64,000 nt of DNA from positions 1 to 64,000 of the forward strand of contig JAKMXF010000314.1 of NCBI GenBank assembly GCA_024704765.1, in the 5' to 3' direction. Source of the DNA: Oopsacas minuta. Its lineage: Eukaryota > Animalia > Porifera. The translations under genes and the position numbers were made by a program. Numbering within the stretch: position 1 is the first letter of the stretch; each line of letters begins with the position of its first letter. This document shows positions 63,027 through 64,000 of the stretch, piece by piece. The notes below the pieces were generated by a model. It had not been told where the DNA came from. It saw nothing but the letters and a program-made list of their open reading frames with translations, and ran no database searches.

Positions 63027-63614
63027 TTAAGCATCATCATCATCATCATCTCCTGTGTCTTTTACAATATTATCTCCATCCAATTTATTTAGATTTGGTA
63101 AACGTTTCAGTGCATGATCTTTCCAATCCCCATCAGATGAGTGCTTTTCTTCCAATGGGTTACCAACAAAATTCAATTCAACTAGTGAGGGAAGATCAGA
63201 TAATTTCTGGAACTCCGCCCAATCTTTTACTAAATTATTAGTCATATATAATACCATCAATTTCTTCAACACTTGGATACCCTTCAGCTTTTCGATCAAG
63301 TTGTATGATATCCAAAGCTGTTCTAATGTATCAGAAACTGCATCAAGTCCGGATAAGTTTTTAATATTGTTTCGACCAAGGGACAATATTTTCAGAGACT
63401 TGAGTCCGTTAAGATTTGTTATACGCTCAATAGTGTTAGTAGAAAGGGATAGTTTCTCACACGAAACGAGCTGATTCAGAGCAGCGTCCATTTTATCAAC
63501 AGGGGGGATTATTCCATAGAGTTTTGCATGTTGAATTTGAGAGGCAATTTGCCCGCTATCTGAACAATATTTGGTAATTGCATCCTTCAATGATGTTGAT
63601 TTGGGGGCGACCAT
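63027..63614 (-). CDS. DNAL1: Dynein axonemal light chain 1 (LC1, leucine-rich repeat), single exon, 195 aa
   Basis: KSTSLKDAI...[10 protein letters not shown]...[34 protein letters not shown]...[18 protein letters not shown]...[14 protein letters not shown]...FVGNPLEE...LPNLNKLDG matches LC1 along its full length. Confidence 0.96.
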   Translation of the reverse strand: MVAPKSTSLKDAITKYCSDSGQIASQIQHAKLYGIIPPVDKMDAALNQLVSCEKLSLSTNTIERITNLNGLKSLKILSLGRNNIKNLSGLDAVSDTLEQLWISYNLIEKLKGIQVLKKLMVLYMTNNLVKDWAEFQKLSDLPSLVELNFVGNPLEEKHSSDGDWKDHALKRLPNLNKLDGDNIVKDTGDDDDDDA

Positions 63615-64000
63615 AACATAAAAACTAATAAAGATGAATATATAAGGTTAAATTCTAAGCTATAATGAAGAATTACAATAATTAAGGTTGCGTCTCAAAT
63701 ATGAGGGGTCTGTATCGCGCATGGCATGTGCAGCTGGTACGGCAGAGCCATTGCCTGCCCAATTTTTGTCATGACCTGAACAATTTATATTACCGAAACG
63801 GCAAAGGCCGGATCAATCCCAATTAGCATCCCCTGGCCCCCGTGACGTCATTGTTTATAACTCAAAGGGAAATCTTGGAATTCTTCTAAGTATTAATCAA
63901 ATTGAGATATATCTTACAGGATGTTACAAAATTAATACCCAATCAAATAAAATAAGTTTCTTTCCAGGGGCCGTATTGGAATGACATAAATCCTTTATTA

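Noticed and set aside
63023-63241. ORF starting MIKHHHHHH (apparent His-tag contamination)
   Set aside because: It is the antisense reading of the DNAL1 poly-Asp codons (GAT repeats).
63843-63850. TGACGTCA (CRE) upstream of DNAL1
   Set aside because: The same 8-mer occurs at several unrelated positions in the window, and no convincing RFX X-box was found with it.

Overview
AT-rich eukaryotic (animal) genomic DNA, not prokaryotic. It contains three host genes. (1) The last three coding exons of an integrin beta subunit (+ strand: 5883-6182, 23700-24194, 46343-47236), joined in phase 0 across GT-AG introns of 17.5 kb and 22.1 kb; the 5' exons are not in the window. (2) An intronless NEDD1-like WD40 gene (53790-55649, +). 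(3) An intronless axonemal dynein light chain 1 gene (DNAL1, 63027-63614, -). Most of the remainder is decayed and nested transposable elements: four ~1.3-kb DD37E Tc1-like elements, DD34E Tc1 relics, a mariner, several hAT elements and MITEs, a two-gene Harbinger, LINE relics including an L2 with an (ATT)n tail, and Transib-type elements. The most notable object is a 1.8-kb element (37946-39745) bounded by the exact RSS heptamer CACAGTG at both ends, with a perfect 5-bp TSD and asymmetric ends. It sits inside a Tc1, which sits inside an L2, inside an integrin intron. All protein family calls come from reading motifs by eye; no database search was run. An early-branching animal such as a sponge is a guess only.
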